Shown: one piece after another, positions 46,768-58,001 of the stretch
How positions within the stretch are numbered: position 1 is the first letter of the stretch
Layout of the letters: each line of letters opens with the position of its first letter
From: an uncultured Actinomycetota bacterium
GTDB taxonomy: Bacteria; Actinomycetota; Actinomycetes; S36-B12; UBA5976
Assembly (NCBI GenBank): GCA_963784905.1
Contig: CAWATP010000007.1
Location: forward strand, 14,797-78,796
DNA: 64,000 bases
Direction of reading: 5' to 3'
The notes under the pieces: model-generated
What the model saw: only the letters and a program-made list of their open reading frames with translations
What the model was told of the DNA's origin: nothing
Database searches by the model: none
Made by a program: the position numbers and the translations under genes

Positions 46768-46795
46768 AGGCGCGTCACCGGCTGGGGTGACGCGC
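46768..46795. terminator. GC-rich hairpin between convergent genes
   Basis: ggcgcgtcacc / ggtgacgcgcc with a 6-nt loop. There is no obvious U-tract. Confidence 0.4.
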
Positions 46796-46812
46796 CCGCC
46801 GGCTCTCTGGGT

Positions 46813-47568
46813 CTACTTCTTGCCCTGGTTGGCTACTGCGGCGGCCGCGGTCGCTGCCGCCTCGGGATCGAGGTACTCGCCACCCTTGACGATCGGCCGC
46901 ATCTGTTCATCAAGGCGGTACACCAGTGGCATGGCGGTCGGGATATTCAGCCCAGCAATGTCTTCATCGCTGATGCCGTCAAGGTGCTTGACAAGCGCGC
47001 GCAGCGAATTGCCGTGTGCCGTCACCAGCACCGTCTTGCCGGAGCGGAGGTCGGGCACGATGGCTTCTTCCCAGTACGGCAGCATGCGCGCAACGACGTC
47101 CTTCAGACATTCAGTCGCAGGCAGCTCGCCCGAAGCGAGGCCGGCGTAGCGCACGTCGCCGGTCTGCGAGTACTCGTCGTCAGCATCGATCGGCGGCGGC
47201 GGCACGTCATACGAGCGACGCCACAGCATGAACTGTTCTTCGCCATAGGCCTCGAGTGTCTGCTTCTTGTTGCGGCCCTGCAGCGCGCCGTAGTGGCGCT
47301 CATTGAGACGCCAGTCGCGCTTCACGGGAATCCAGTGACGATCGCAGGCGTCAAGGGCGATGTTTGCTGTCTTGATGGCGCGACGCAGCAGCGAGGTGTG
47401 CAGCACATCGGGAAGGCAATGCTTCTCGGCGAGCAACGCGCCACCGTGGGCGGCCTCGGCCTGGCCCTTGTCAGAAAGGTCGACGTCGACCCAGCCGGTG
47501 AAGAGGTTCAGCGCGTTCCATGTGCTTTCGCCATGTCGCAGCAGGATCAATGTGTATTCGTTGGCCAT
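46813..47568 (-). CDS. gpmA: 2,3-bisphosphoglycerate-dependent phosphoglycerate mutase
   Basis: [16 protein letters not shown] and HGNSLRAL motifs. Start ATG 47568. Confidence 0.9.
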   Translation of the reverse strand: MANEYTLILLRHGESTWNALNLFTGWVDVDLSDKGQAEAAHGGALLAEKHCLPDVLHTSLLRRAIKTANIALDACDRHWIPVKRDWRLNERHYGALQGRNKKQTLEAYGEEQFMLWRRSYDVPPPPIDADDEYSQTGDVRYAGLASGELPATECLKDVVARMLPYWEEAIVPDLRSGKTVLVTAHGNSLRALVKHLDGISDEDIAGLNIPTAMPLVYRLDEQMRPIVKGGEYLDPEAAATAAAAVANQGKK

Positions 47569-47643
47569 GGAGCAATTGTGCCGCACTCTGCAAAGGTTGT
47601 GAGACCCGCCCCCGTTACACCTGTCAGTGGCCGCGACAGCGTT

Positions 47644-48132
47644 TCAGTCAGTGCTCGGCCGCAGATGCTCGAAGGCCGCCAGGTTGGCCGTTGATTCGCC
47701 GCGCGAAAGACGCCAGATCCATTCCTTGACGATGGCTTCGCTGAAGCCCAGCTCCAGGATCGTGTTGAAGTCACCGTCGGCCATGCCGAGGACAGACGCG
47801 AGCACAAGATCCAGCGCCTGTGGTGTGACCCCGTCAATCGCGATACGTCCGACCAGGTACACGTCGCCGTGCTGATCCGTGCAATAGGCCGCACCGAAGG
47901 CTTTGGCGTTGCGGCGCAACAGAAATTCGTAGAGATCGCGGGGATCTTGATCCGTGCCGCGGGCGACGAAGGATTCGATCACCAGCGCCTGAGGAGTTAC
48001 CGTGAGTGCCACCGGAACCTGCAATCGTTGAGTGCCAGGCAGAGTGACGATGAGCATGCCATCGGAAACTTCATCGACCGCAAGATCAAGCGGTGCAGCC
48101 CAATCACGCACCAGTTGCAGAACGTCAGTCAT
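47644..48132 (-). CDS. YbjN-domain protein (Rv0487-like position)
   Basis: About 160 aa lying between mshA and gpmA, as in mycobacteria. Start trimmed to ATG 48132, which overlaps the mshA stop by 8 nt. Confidence 0.6.
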   Translation of the reverse strand: MTDVLQLVRDWAAPLDLAVDEVSDGMLIVTLPGTQRLQVPVALTVTPQALVIESFVARGTDQDPRDLYEFLLRRNAKAFGAAYCTDQHGDVYLVGRIAIDGVTPQALDLVLASVLGMADGDFNTILELGFSEAIVKEWIWRLSRGESTANLAAFEHLRPSTD

Positions 48133-49408
48133 TGCAGGCCCTGGCCGATGCAGACTTGGTCCCAGACCGCGCGATCCGATATGCATCCAGCAACGAGTCG
48201 ACGGTGCGATCCCAGGAGAACAGTCCGGCATGACGGACGGCACCAAGGCTCAGCCGGGACGGGCACACCGGACAGTTGAGATGTTCGTGAATGCGATCTG
48301 CCCACGTTCGTGGGTCGTGGCCCTCGACCAGAATGCCGGACACATTGTGCGCGACGGCAGTGCGCAAACCACCGACAGCGGCCGCAATCACGGGCGTGCC
48401 GCACGCCTGTGCCTCAACGGCGACCAAGCCGAAGGATTCGGAGTACGAGGGCACAGCCACGAGATCTGCGGCGCGATAATAATCGGCAAGCACATGGCGT
48501 GCCTGCGGCGGAACAAAGGAGACATTGATCCCGCGCTCGAGCGCAAGTTCGGCGAGTGATTCAGGATGTTCTAGACCAGATCCACTCGGCCCGCCGCAGA
48601 TGACGAGTTGCAAGCGGTCGCGAAGTGCAGGTTCTAGCAAGAGCAGTTCCGCGGCTGCATTCACCAGTACATCCGGCGCCTTCAAAGGCTGGATGCGACC
48701 GACGAACAAGAGCATGACGGCATCCCGCGCAATGTTGAGCCGTCGTCGCGCAGCGATGCGACCGTCGGATGGAGTGAAGACGTCGAGGTCGACACCAGGG
48801 TGTGCGATGACGATACGTTCCGAGGGTGCGCCGTAATGCCGTTCCAACTCCACGGCTTCCTGCACAGTGTTCGCTACGAGTGCGGAGGCGTGAGCTACCA
48901 CCTGCTCTTCACCCAGGATGCGGATACGCGGCTCGGGTGCGTCGCCGTCTGCCAAGGCCTCATTCTTCACTTTGGCCATCGTGTGCATCGTGTGCACCAG
49001 TGGCACGTCCCAGCGCTCGCTGGCCAGCCAGCCGACGTGGCCGGCAAGCCAGTAGTGCGAGTGCACCACGTCGTACCTGAGACCTTCGCGCTCGACGAGA
49101 TTCAGCAGGCCACTGGAAAGTGCGATGAGTTGTGACGGCAGGTCTTCTTTGCGCAACTCATCGACGCTGCCGGCGTCAATGTGTCGGACCGTGACGCCCG
49201 GGGAGAGAGGCACGCTCGAGGGGAGCCCGCTGTGTGTGGTACGCGTGAAGATGTCAACCAATACGCCGCGTTCGGCAAGCCGTTTGGCTGTTTCTGCGAC
49301 GTATACGTTGAGGCCGCCAGCATCACCCGTACCGGGTTGATCGAGGGGAGACGTGTGCACGCTGAGCACCGCAACGCGCCGAGGCGGTTTGGTGACGTCG
49401 ATCAGCAT
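48125..49408 (-). CDS. mshA: D-inositol-3-phosphate glycosyltransferase
   Basis: GT4 enzyme with [26 protein letters not shown] and [19 protein letters not shown]. Synteny with gpmA and senX3-regX3 supports the call. Confidence 0.85.
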   Translation of the reverse strand: MLIDVTKPPRRVAVLSVHTSPLDQPGTGDAGGLNVYVAETAKRLAERGVLVDIFTRTTHSGLPSSVPLSPGVTVRHIDAGSVDELRKEDLPSQLIALSSGLLNLVEREGLRYDVVHSHYWLAGHVGWLASERWDVPLVHTMHTMAKVKNEALADGDAPEPRIRILGEEQVVAHASALVANTVQEAVELERHYGAPSERIVIAHPGVDLDVFTPSDGRIAARRRLNIARDAVMLLFVGRIQPLKAPDVLVNAAAELLLLEPALRDRLQLVICGGPSGSGLEHPESLAELALERGINVSFVPPQARHVLADYYRAADLVAVPSYSESFGLVAVEAQACGTPVIAAAVGGLRTAVAHNVSGILVEGHDPRTWADRIHEHLNCPVCPSRLSLGAVRHAGLFSWDRTVDSLLDAYRIARSGTKSASARACND

Positions 49409-49531
49409 GCGAACCTCCGGGCTCATCGTCGCCCGTTTGCGGGCAAAAGGCGAACCCCTACGTAACGCATGTTGGCTGCCGATGCTTCCCGTCCTACCGT
49501 CAGGCTCCAGGCCTGTCGGTAGGCTCCCCTC

Positions 49532-50623
49532 ATGCGCAGGCGCGGGGTTTTCAGCAGGAAGCCATCACCCACTGCCGTTTTGGCAGAAGCCTCCGGACTT
49601 GGGCCGGACGCGATCGCCCTGCTCGATCGTCTGCCCGGTGAGTGGATCATCATCGGAGCACAGGGCCACATCTTCCGCGCCTCCGAGCATTTCTCCACCC
49701 TCGGGCTGCAGCAAAGGGACGGCGCAGCTGCTCCGGTGTTGATGGAGATGGCCGACGCCACACTGGCTGACGGCAAAGCGCGCACCGAGGATCTCCCCAT
49801 CGGTGGTACCGATGTGGGATCACCGCCGGGAACGGTTCGCGTGCGCACCTCGCGCCTTGACCACGCACACACCCTGTTGCTGGTTGACGACATCAGCGCA
49901 GCGACCCGGGTCGACACCATGCGCCGCGACTTCATCGCCAACGTCTCACACGAACTGAAGACGCCTGTAGGCGCGCTCGTACTGTTGGCCGATGCGTCGC
50001 AGGCCGCGCTGGACGACCCCAAGGCACTGCGCAAGTTCACGGCACGGATGCAACTGGAGGCCGCGCGCTTGAGTGCACTCATCAGCGATCTCACGGACCT
50101 CTCGCGTTTGCAGGCGGCCGATGCAATGGACGCGGCCCGCCTGCGTTCGGTCAAGGCGATCGTTGCTGAGGCAATCGACGCTGTGCATCTTGTTGCCCAG
50201 GACAAACGCATCGATATATTGCGCGAACTGCCCGCAGGACTGAAGGTTTTCGTCGACGAGGAGCAAGCCGTTACGGCTCTGCGCAATCTGCTCACCAACG
50301 CCATTCGCTACTCCCCGCCGCACACGAAGATCACGGTCACTGCCTGTCGAGCCGACGGCTTCATCGAAATCTCGGTTGCCGATCAGGGCATCGGCATTGA
50401 TGCCGAACAGCAGAGTCGTATTTTCGAGCGCTTTCATCGTGTTGATCCGGCGCGTAGCCGCCAAACAGGTGGGACAGGCCTCGGCCTCGCCATCGTCAAA
50501 CACATCTGTATGGCGCACGGTGGCGAGGTCGTCGTGCAGTCCGAGGTGGGCCGAGGCTCCACCTTCACCTTGAGATTCCCGCTCCCGCGGGTGCCAGTGG
50601 CTAACGTCCAGGAGGACCAGTGA
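49532..50623 (+). CDS. senX3: Sensor histidine kinase SenX3
   Basis: H-box [14 protein letters not shown]-box LLTNAIRYS and G-box GTGLGLAIV. It sits upstream of and overlaps regX3. Confidence 0.8.
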   Translation: MRRRGVFSRKPSPTAVLAEASGLGPDAIALLDRLPGEWIIIGAQGHIFRASEHFSTLGLQQRDGAAAPVLMEMADATLADGKARTEDLPIGGTDVGSPPGTVRVRTSRLDHAHTLLLVDDISAATRVDTMRRDFIANVSHELKTPVGALVLLADASQAALDDPKALRKFTARMQLEAARLSALISDLTDLSRLQAADAMDAARLRSVKAIVAEAIDAVHLVAQDKRIDILRELPAGLKVFVDEEQAVTALRNLLTNAIRYSPPHTKITVTACRADGFIEISVADQGIGIDAEQQSRIFERFHRVDPARSRQTGGTGLGLAIVKHICMAHGGEVVVQSEVGRGSTFTLRFPLPRVPVANVQEDQ

Positions 50624-51303
50624 CCCGCATCCTGCTCATTGAGGACGAACAGTCCTTCAGCGAAACCGTGTCCTTCATGCTGAAGAAGGAGGGCTTCGAG
50701 GTTCGCGTGGCCGATAACGGCGACGCTGGCCTTGCATTGTTCCTGAAAGACGGAGCCGATCTCATTCTGCTCGACCTGATGCTGCCGGGCCGTTCCGGCA
50801 TGGACGTCTGCCGGGCCATACGAGCGACATCCATGGTGCCCATCATCATGCTGACGGCCAAAGACTCCGAGTTGGACAAAGTGCTTGGCCTCGAGTTGGG
50901 TGCCGACGATTACGTGACCAAACCCTTCTCCATGCGTGAATTGGTGGCTCGCGTGCGCGCCGTGCTGCGCCGTCCGCACGAACTTGGAGGAGAGGACGAG
51001 GCCGGAGCGATCGTGGCCGGTCCGGTTCGCATCGACATCGATCGGCACACCGTGAGCGTCGACGGAGTCAAAGTGCCAATGCCGCTCAAGGAATTCGATC
51101 TGCTGGAGTTCCTCGTCCGCAATGCAGGACGTGTGCTCACGCGAGCGCAGATCATCGACCGTGTCTGGGGCGCTGACTACTTTGGTGACACCAAGACGCT
51201 AGATGTCCACATCAAACGGCTGCGTAGCAAGATCGAGGCAGACCCAGCTAACCCCAAGTATCTGCAGACCGTCCGCGGATTGGGATATACCTTCGACGCA
51301 TGA
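50620..51303 (+). CDS. regX3: OmpR-family response regulator RegX3
   Basis: ILLIEDE..LILLDLMLPG..LTAKD receiver and a winged helix LKEFDLLEFL..VRGLGYTF. Confidence 0.85.
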   Translation: MTRILLIEDEQSFSETVSFMLKKEGFEVRVADNGDAGLALFLKDGADLILLDLMLPGRSGMDVCRAIRATSMVPIIMLTAKDSELDKVLGLELGADDYVTKPFSMRELVARVRAVLRRPHELGGEDEAGAIVAGPVRIDIDRHTVSVDGVKVPMPLKEFDLLEFLVRNAGRVLTRAQIIDRVWGADYFGDTKTLDVHIKRLRSKIEADPANPKYLQTVRGLGYTFDA

Positions 51304-51399
51304 GCGCCGTCCGAGCTTGCTCGAGACGGCCGAGGGCGGAGAAGCGTTGAGCGCAGCGATATACCTTCGACGCATGAGCGCCGTCCGAGCTTGCTCGAG
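51284..51399. repeat. Tandem direct repeat (42-bp perfect unit, 74-bp period) spanning the regX3 stop
   Basis: gatataccttcgacgcatgagcgccgtccgagcttgctcgag occurs at 51284-51325 and again at 51358-51399. Confidence 0.9.
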
Positions 51400-51486
51400 C
51401 ATGGCGCCACGGCATACGTGAAGCAGGAGTAGACCTGCGAAGCCGTTGAGGCTGGTTTGCGCGTGGTGAGCCTTAGGTCACATTTC

Positions 51487-51495
51487 TGGTAGAAT
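51487..51495 (+). promoter_or_regulatory. Candidate extended -10 promoter (TGGTAGAAT) for carD
   Basis: A TGn-TAGAAT sequence about 25 nt upstream of the carD ATG. Confidence 0.4.
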
Positions 51496-51519
51496 CAGCA
51501 CTTCTGAAAGGCGGAACAT

Positions 51520-52002
51520 ATGGTGTTCGAAGTCGGGGAAACGGTCGTCTACCCGCATCACGGTGCGGCATTAATCGAAGCGATCGAGATCCGGAACATC
51601 AAGGGTGTTCCTACCGAGTACTTGGTTCTGAAGGTGCAGCAGGGCGACCTCACGGTCCGCGTTCCGGCTTCCAACGCCGAGTACGTCGGCGTGCGTGATG
51701 TCGTCGACCAGGCAGGTCTGCAGAAGGTGTTCGGCGTGCTGCGTCTTCCGTACATCGAAGAGCCCACCAACTGGTCGCGTCGTTACAAGGCCAACGTGGA
51801 GAAGCTTGCTTCTGGCGATGTCATCAAAGTGGCCGAGGTCGTCCGTGACCTCTTCCGTCGAGATCAGGATCGTGGCCTTTCGGCCGGCGAGAAGCGCATG
51901 CTGGCGAAGGCCCGTCAAATCCTCGTCTCCGAGCTTGCGCTCGCCGAGAAGACCGATGAATCAAGCGCCGAGGTCATCCTCGACAACGTTCTCGCGTCCT
52001 GA
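51520..52002 (+). CDS. carD: CarD-family RNA polymerase-binding regulator
   Basis: [44 protein letters not shown]. Confidence 0.9.
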   Translation: MVFEVGETVVYPHHGAALIEAIEIRNIKGVPTEYLVLKVQQGDLTVRVPASNAEYVGVRDVVDQAGLQKVFGVLRLPYIEEPTNWSRRYKANVEKLASGDVIKVAEVVRDLFRRDQDRGLSAGEKRMLAKARQILVSELALAEKTDESSAEVILDNVLAS

Positions 52003-52011
52003 CCCACTTTC

Positions 52012-52057
52012 GCGACGACCCCGCTGGCTTCGCGCCGCGGGGTCGTCGCCCTTTTCC
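52012..52057 (+). terminator. Intrinsic terminator after carD
   Basis: Stem gcgacgaccccg / cggggtcgtcgc followed by ccttttcc. Confidence 0.6.
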
Positions 52058-52099
52058 GCAATAGACTCAAAGCGGTTCGCCTCACACTGGGAGTGACGC

Positions 52100-52888
52100 A
52101 TGAGTGCTCAGCATCGGACCGCGGCGATCGTGCCAGCGGCGGGCAAGGGTGAGCGGCTCGGGGTTGGCACCGCCAAGGCGTTGCACACCGTTGGCGCACA
52201 TTCATTGCTGGAAATGACGGTGCACGGTTTGGCCGATGTGCACGACATCGATCTCATCGTGGTCGCGGCACCGGCGGAGCACATCGACGACGTGCTAGAG
52301 GCGCTGGCCTTTCTGGCGGAGCCTGGTGCTGCAAGCGATGATGCGCCGGCCTCCTTCCGTGATGCTGACGGTGCACTTGTGGAGATCGACGATGTGCCTG
52401 CGCCGCAGCGGCCGGGATTGATCGTGGTGGCCGGTGGAGCCACGCGCCAGCAGTCGGTTGCCGAAGCATTGGCGGTGCTGCCCGATGACATTGAGTATGT
52501 GCTCGTGCATGACGCCGCCCGTGCGCTCACGCCATCGCATGTCATTGCACGAGTTCTCGCATCGCTTCTTGCAGGAGCGAATGCCGTGATTCCAGTACTG
52601 CCAGTTGTCGACACCATCAAAGTCGTCGAAGACGGCGCAGTGATGCACACCGTGGAACGTGGGCCGTTGCGAGCCGTGCAAACCCCACAGGGTTTCACTC
52701 GTGCCGCGCTGGAACGGGCTCACCATGTCGCCCGAGCGCAGGGCGTGGACGACATTACCGACGATGCAGGTCTGTGCGAATCTGCTGGGATTTCGGTGCG
52801 AGTAGTGGATGGCGACCCGCTGGCTTTCAAGATCACCCGTCCGCTTGATCTGGTGTTGGCAGAAGCAATTTTGGGGAGTCGCTCATGA
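52100..52888 (+). CDS. ispD: 2-C-methyl-D-erythritol 4-phosphate cytidylyltransferase
   Basis: [29 protein letters not shown] and VQTPQGF motifs. Confidence 0.85.
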   Translation: MSAQHRTAAIVPAAGKGERLGVGTAKALHTVGAHSLLEMTVHGLADVHDIDLIVVAAPAEHIDDVLEALAFLAEPGAASDDAPASFRDADGALVEIDDVPAPQRPGLIVVAGGATRQQSVAEALAVLPDDIEYVLVHDAARALTPSHVIARVLASLLAGANAVIPVLPVVDTIKVVEDGAVMHTVERGPLRAVQTPQGFTRAALERAHHVARAQGVDDITDDAGLCESAGISVRVVDGDPLAFKITRPLDLVLAEAILGSRS

Positions 52889-53364
52889 TGCGCGTTGGAA
52901 CTGGCATTGACGTTCACGCGTATGGTCGAACTCGCACCATGTGGGTCGGTTGTATCGAATGGCCGGGGGAGTTTGGGCTGGTCGGTCACTCCGATGGTGA
53001 CGTGGCTGCGCACGCCGTGTGTGACGCGCTGTTTGCGGCCGCCGGACTCGGTGACGTCGGGGCGGTATTCGGCGTCGATCAACCCGAGTGGCACAACGCA
53101 ACTGGCGCGGCGATGCTCTGCGAGGCGCGTCGCTTGCTCGACCTGGCGGGATGGTCGATCGAAAACGTGTCTGTGCAGGTGGTCGGAGCGAAACCGCATA
53201 TCAGCAAGCGACGCGACGAAGTGCAGGTGGCGATGTCGCTCGCACTCGGCGGCGTGAGCGTGAGTGTGGCTGGCACGACGACTGACGGGCTTGGATTCAC
53301 TGGGCGTCATGAGGGCCTAGCCGCCATCGCCACCGCACTCATAACTAAGCCGGAGAATGCTTAG
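52885..53364 (+). CDS. ispF: 2-C-methyl-D-erythritol 2,4-cyclodiphosphate synthase
   Basis: [20 protein letters not shown] and [11 protein letters not shown] motifs. ATGA overlap with ispD. Confidence 0.9.
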   Translation: MMRVGTGIDVHAYGRTRTMWVGCIEWPGEFGLVGHSDGDVAAHAVCDALFAAAGLGDVGAVFGVDQPEWHNATGAAMLCEARRLLDLAGWSIENVSVQVVGAKPHISKRRDEVQVAMSLALGGVSVSVAGTTTDGLGFTGRHEGLAAIATALITKPENA

Positions 53365-53477
53365 GGACCTTCGTCCCGCGATGTAGGAATAGCCCTATGT
53401 GCGCGCTTCTAAGGGTGTTCGCCTGAGTGGACGACGAATAGCATTCTCAGAGTCTGGAAGCACCAACGGGGAGTGAT

Positions 53478-55442
53478 GTGAACACGGACGAAGGGCGTTC
53501 TGCGGCTGGTTCCGTATCCTCACGGGTTGGATTTCGGCAGCTGCTGGGCAAGCCCGACAGGACTTCGCTGGAGTACCTCGCCGTTGTGTTGTTGGGCTTC
53601 CCACTCATTGAATGGATTTCCGGCCTCTTCCTGAGCGCGGAGGAGTTGGATGAGGATACCGCTTTCCCCCTTGCCGAAGGATTCGCCGCAGTCTGTGTTG
53701 GTTTTGCGGTCTACCTCTTGAGTCGTCGCCTGAAGCTGGCGCAAATCGCACGAGACGAACTGGATCGGCGCTTGCAGAAGGTGACCGATCGCTACCGCCG
53801 GATGGCGGAAAACGCGTCCGACATCGTGTACTCCGCGGGCACCGACCGCAACGTCACCTGGATATCTCCCTCAGTGACCCGTGTACTCGGCTGGGAACCA
53901 CTGGACATCGTCGGACGCTCGATGGCGTCGTTCATACATCCCGATGATCGGGCCTCCAGCGAGGAAGTCCGTGACCGGATCTACTCGGGTCAGGAGTACG
54001 TCACTCCGGTGGGTGGCTTCGTCATGCGCTTTGCCGTGAAGACAGGGGGCTACCGCTGGTTGGCCATTCACACGAAGCAACTTGCAGATGAGCAGGGTAA
54101 GCACGTGGCGGTCGTCGGTGGGCTGACGTTAGTGGATGATCTGGTCGAGGCTCGTCATCGAGCCGAAGCCGACGAGCAACTTCTGCGCATCACAGCCGAT
54201 GCCATGCTGGATCCGCAGGTAGTGCTCGAAGCGGTCCGCGACGGTGCCGGCAAGGTCATCGACTTCACGTACGTGGAAGTGAATCGCGCGACCTGTGAAT
54301 ACCTTTCCATGCCGCGTGAAACGCTTATTGGTAAAGGCTTTCTCGAAATAACCCCGAGAGCCGAAGCAGAGGGTTTTCTTGACCTGTACCGTCAAGCGCT
54401 CGAGTCCGACGAACCGGTCACGGTGGATGGTTTCGTCCACGAGAACACTTCGCGCAGCCGCACCTCCTACTACGACATCCATGCCCGACGAGTTTCGGAG
54501 AATCAGCTCGCCCTGACATGGCGCGACGTCACGGATATGCACCTTGCAGCCGAGCGGATTGCCCAGTCTGAGCAACATTTCCGACTGTTGGCCGAAAACT
54601 CGTCTGACGTCATTTTGCTCTCTGATGATGCAACCAGGATGCACTGGGTATCGCCGGCTTCCGCGCTCACGCTGGGCTGGAAACCCGAGGAATTGCAGGG
54701 ACGTCTCGCCGTCGAGTTCGTGCATCCTGATGACCGGCCGGAATTGCTGGCAGCTGTTGCCCATAGTGCCGCCACTGGTGAAGCCATCCGCCCTCGCTAT
54801 CGTTGGCGACACCCCGACGGCAGTTATCGCTGGGTGGAGTCGGCCGGTCGCCCGGTGAGTGGAGATGATTCGGGCTACGTCGGACGCGTAGTCGCAATTC
54901 GTGGCATCGACGCCGAAGTGGCAGCGCAAGCGCAACTCAAGCGGCGCGCCACCTTCGACGATCTCACTGGCGCGCTACAGCGGGAGGCGGCCTTCGACCG
55001 CCTCGCCGACATTGAGCGCCGACCCCGTGCTCCGGGGAGTGAGACGGGCGTGCTGTTCATTGACATTGATGACTTCAAACGCGTGAACGACCGCTGGGGT
55101 CACGCCACTGGCGACGCTGTACTCCGGACGATCGCCAAGCGCACTCGCACCGTCGTCCGAGGCTCCGATGCTGTCGCGCGCATGGGTGGAGATGAGTTCC
55201 TCGTCATCCTCGAAGGTGTGGATAGCTTGGATCGTGCCCTGCAGGTGGCGCAGAAGATTCATGAGCATTGTGCCAATCCGATTTCGACGCCAACCGGTGA
55301 GCTGCTCATCACCATCAGCATCGGTGTCACGCTGATCGGGCACTCAGAGGGTGCTGACGCAACGATCGCGCGAGCCGACCAGGCGATGTACGCAGCGAAG
55401 GACCTGGGACGGAACCAAGTGCTTGCCATTCCGCTGGTGTAG
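53478..55442 (+). CDS. Membrane-anchored multi-PAS diguanylate cyclase (GGDEF)
   Basis: GTG start and two N-terminal TM segments. Three PAS-like modules (YRRMAENASDIVY, LRITADAMLDP, FRLLAENSSDVIL). Catalytic region DDLTGALQREAAF and RMGGDEFLVIL. Confidence 0.85.
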   Translation: MNTDEGRSAAGSVSSRVGFRQLLGKPDRTSLEYLAVVLLGFPLIEWISGLFLSAEELDEDTAFPLAEGFAAVCVGFAVYLLSRRLKLAQIARDELDRRLQKVTDRYRRMAENASDIVYSAGTDRNVTWISPSVTRVLGWEPLDIVGRSMASFIHPDDRASSEEVRDRIYSGQEYVTPVGGFVMRFAVKTGGYRWLAIHTKQLADEQGKHVAVVGGLTLVDDLVEARHRAEADEQLLRITADAMLDPQVVLEAVRDGAGKVIDFTYVEVNRATCEYLSMPRETLIGKGFLEITPRAEAEGFLDLYRQALESDEPVTVDGFVHENTSRSRTSYYDIHARRVSENQLALTWRDVTDMHLAAERIAQSEQHFRLLAENSSDVILLSDDATRMHWVSPASALTLGWKPEELQGRLAVEFVHPDDRPELLAAVAHSAATGEAIRPRYRWRHPDGSYRWVESAGRPVSGDDSGYVGRVVAIRGIDAEVAAQAQLKRRATFDDLTGALQREAAFDRLADIERRPRAPGSETGVLFIDIDDFKRVNDRWGHATGDAVLRTIAKRTRTVVRGSDAVARMGGDEFLVILEGVDSLDRALQVAQKIHEHCANPISTPTGELLITISIGVTLIGHSEGADATIARADQAMYAAKDLGRNQVLAIPLV

Positions 55443-55505
55443 AGCGCTTCTCAGCAGCATTTCGAGCCGGACGAGCCATAGGTGAGCAGAAAGTAGACTC
55501 AACCC

Positions 55506-56924
55506 ATGTCTTTGCATTTGTACGACACCGCGACGCGCAGTACGCGTGAGTTCGTCCCATTGGTTTCGGGCGAGGTCTCCATGTACATGTGTGGTGCCAC
55601 CGTGCAGAGCAACCCCCACGTCGGGCACCTGCGTGCCGGCGTTGTATTCGATGTGCTGACCCGCTGGCTTCGAGAGTCGGAATACCGGGTCACGCTCGTC
55701 CGCAACGTGACGGATATTGACGACAAGATCCTCCAGCGCGCCATCCAAGAGGGCCGCCCATGGTGGGCGGTGGCTGCGCACTACGAACGCGCCTTCACCG
55801 CCGCGTATGAGGCCATCGGCGTCTTGCCTCCCACGATAGAACCGCGGGCGACTGGTCACATCACACAGATGGTGCAGCTCATGCAGCGTCTCATTGACGC
55901 CGGTCACGCCTATGCGGTTGACGGTGATGTGTACTTCGACGTGCGTTCCTTTGCCGAGTACGGCGCATTGTCTGGCCAACGCCCTGACGACATTGAGCCC
56001 GCCGGCGACAGCGAATATGCGTCGCGCAAGAAGGACCCCCGCGACTTTGCGCTGTGGAAGGGATCCAAGCTCGGGGAGCCATCTTGGCCGACGCCCTGGG
56101 GCAATGGACGTCCCGGTTGGCACCTTGAGTGCTCGGCGATGGCTTCGGCCTATCTGGGGTCACAGTTCGACATTCATGGCGGCGGCCTTGACTTGCGGTT
56201 CCCGCACCACGAAAACGAAATCGCACAGTCACGCGCTGTCGGCGACGGCTTTGCGCAGTATTGGCTGCACAACGCATGGGTGACGCAGGCCGGCGAGAAG
56301 ATGAGCAAGAGCCTCGGCAATACCATGGTTGTCGATGAAGTGCTCAAGCGCATTCGTGGCATTGAACTGCGTTGGTACTTGGTGGCGGCGCATTACCGCA
56401 GCAATATCGAGTTCAGTGATGATGCGTTGCAGGAGAGTGGTGCAGCGTTCCGCCGCATTGAGAACTTTGTCCTGCGCGCTTCCGAGCGCGTTGGCGACAT
56501 TGACCTTTCGTCGGTGCCGATGTGCGCCGATTTCACCAACGCCATGAACGATGATCTTGGCGTTCCGTTGGCCGTAGCTGCGATTCACGAGAATGTCACC
56601 TCCGGCAATCAGTTGCTGGCGCTCGGGGCCAAGGCTGATGCGAATGCCTTGCGCGGGGTGCTTGGCTCTGTGCGTCGCATGCTCGGCGTGCTGGGTTGCG
56701 ATCCGCTCGGCGAGCCGTGGATCTCTCGCGCCGGTGGCAGCGATGAACTGCACGAGGTTGTCGATGTGTTGGTGCGGTCAGAACTCCAGGCACGCGCCGA
56801 TGCGCGCGCCCATAAGGATTTCGCGACGGCGGATGCAATCCGTACGCGCCTTGCCGACGCCGGCATTGCGATCGAAGACACAGCGGACGGACCTCGTTGG
56901 TCGCTCGCAGGAAATGGTGAGTGA
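55506..56924 (+). CDS. cysS: Cysteine--tRNA ligase
   Basis: [18 protein letters not shown] (HIGH-type), GWHLECS zinc site and KMSKSLGN. Confidence 0.9.
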   Translation: MSLHLYDTATRSTREFVPLVSGEVSMYMCGATVQSNPHVGHLRAGVVFDVLTRWLRESEYRVTLVRNVTDIDDKILQRAIQEGRPWWAVAAHYERAFTAAYEAIGVLPPTIEPRATGHITQMVQLMQRLIDAGHAYAVDGDVYFDVRSFAEYGALSGQRPDDIEPAGDSEYASRKKDPRDFALWKGSKLGEPSWPTPWGNGRPGWHLECSAMASAYLGSQFDIHGGGLDLRFPHHENEIAQSRAVGDGFAQYWLHNAWVTQAGEKMSKSLGNTMVVDEVLKRIRGIELRWYLVAAHYRSNIEFSDDALQESGAAFRRIENFVLRASERVGDIDLSSVPMCADFTNAMNDDLGVPLAVAAIHENVTSGNQLLALGAKADANALRGVLGSVRRMLGVLGCDPLGEPWISRAGGSDELHEVVDVLVRSELQARADARAHKDFATADAIRTRLADAGIAIEDTADGPRWSLAGNGE

Positions 56925-57880
56925 TGGCAGGCAATTCGCAGCGCAAGGGCGCAATTCGCAAGGACGGCACCAAGAAGGGCAGTGTTGTCGGCTCCGGCGG
57001 GCAACGTCGTCGCGGACTTGAGGGCAAGGGCCCAACCCCGAGAGCAGTCGACCGTAAGAACAGTCCTGCGCAGAAGGCTGCGCGACGTGCTGCTGCACCG
57101 TCGACAACCCGTGGCGGCTCGTCCACACAGGGACGTCGTCGCGACACTTCCGACATCGTTGTCGGCCGCAATCCCATTGTGGAGGCTTTGCGCGCCGGGA
57201 TTCCGGCGAAGAAGCTACACGTAGCCACCGGCATCGACTATGACGATCGCGTCCGCGAAATCATTGAGATTGCGCGCGAAAAGGGCATGCCGCTGCTTGA
57301 AATTTCGCGCCAGGAAATGGATCGCATTACCGGTGTCGAATTGCATCAAGGCGTCGCACTCACGGTATATCCCTACGAGTACGCAGACCCTTCGGAACTG
57401 CTCGACCGTGGTGGCAGCGCGCCGATCATCATGGCGCTCGATGGCATCACCGACCCCCGCAACCTCGGAGCAATCGTGCGTTCCGCCGGTGCCTTCGGCG
57501 CCGCTGGCGTGGTCGTTCCGGAGCGTCGCAGTGCCGATATGACGGCAGTCGCCTGGCGTACTTCCGCCGGAGCCGCAGCGCGCACGCCTGTTGCCAAGGC
57601 CGTGAACCTCACTCGCACACTGCAGTCGTTTAAGAAGGCCGGCTGCTTCGTCGTGGGCCTGGCGGCCGGTGGCGATGTTGTGATGCCCGAAATTGACGTC
57701 GAATTGGCGCGGGGACCGATCGTGTTGGTCATCGGCTCAGAGGGCAAGGGCTTGTCACGCCTTGTCACCGAGACCTGCGACGTCATCGTGTCGATCCCCA
57801 TGGCAGCAGGCACAGAGTCCCTGAACGCCTCGGTGGCCGCAAGCATCGCGCTCTACGCCGTCTCCTCCGCCCGTCGCTAA
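56921..57880 (+). CDS. rlmB: 23S rRNA (guanosine-2'-O)-methyltransferase RlmB (SpoU/TrmH family) with basic N-terminal extension
   Basis: [35 protein letters not shown] and ESLNASVA motifs. Start is GTG 56921 or ATG 56924. Confidence 0.85.
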   Translation: MMAGNSQRKGAIRKDGTKKGSVVGSGGQRRRGLEGKGPTPRAVDRKNSPAQKAARRAAAPSTTRGGSSTQGRRRDTSDIVVGRNPIVEALRAGIPAKKLHVATGIDYDDRVREIIEIAREKGMPLLEISRQEMDRITGVELHQGVALTVYPYEYADPSELLDRGGSAPIIMALDGITDPRNLGAIVRSAGAFGAAGVVVPERRSADMTAVAWRTSAGAAARTPVAKAVNLTRTLQSFKKAGCFVVGLAAGGDVVMPEIDVELARGPIVLVIGSEGKGLSRLVTETCDVIVSIPMAAGTESLNASVAASIALYAVSSARR

Positions 57881-57904
57881 ACCCCGCCCATATCTCGCCC
57901 GTAT

Positions 57905-57974
57905 CCTGCGCTTCACTGTCGATTCTGTTCGCTGCCCTGCGGGCCGGCGAACAGAATCGACAGTGAAGCCAAGG
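57905..57974. repeat. REP/MITE-like palindromic element, copy 3 (divergent core, degraded right end)
   Basis: cctgcgcttcactgtcgattctgttcgc ... gcgaacagaatcgacagtgaagccaagg, beginning 24 nt after the rlmB stop. Confidence 0.8.
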
Positions 57975-58001
57975 AGTTGGGACTGGACGTAGGCTTTCGC
58001 C

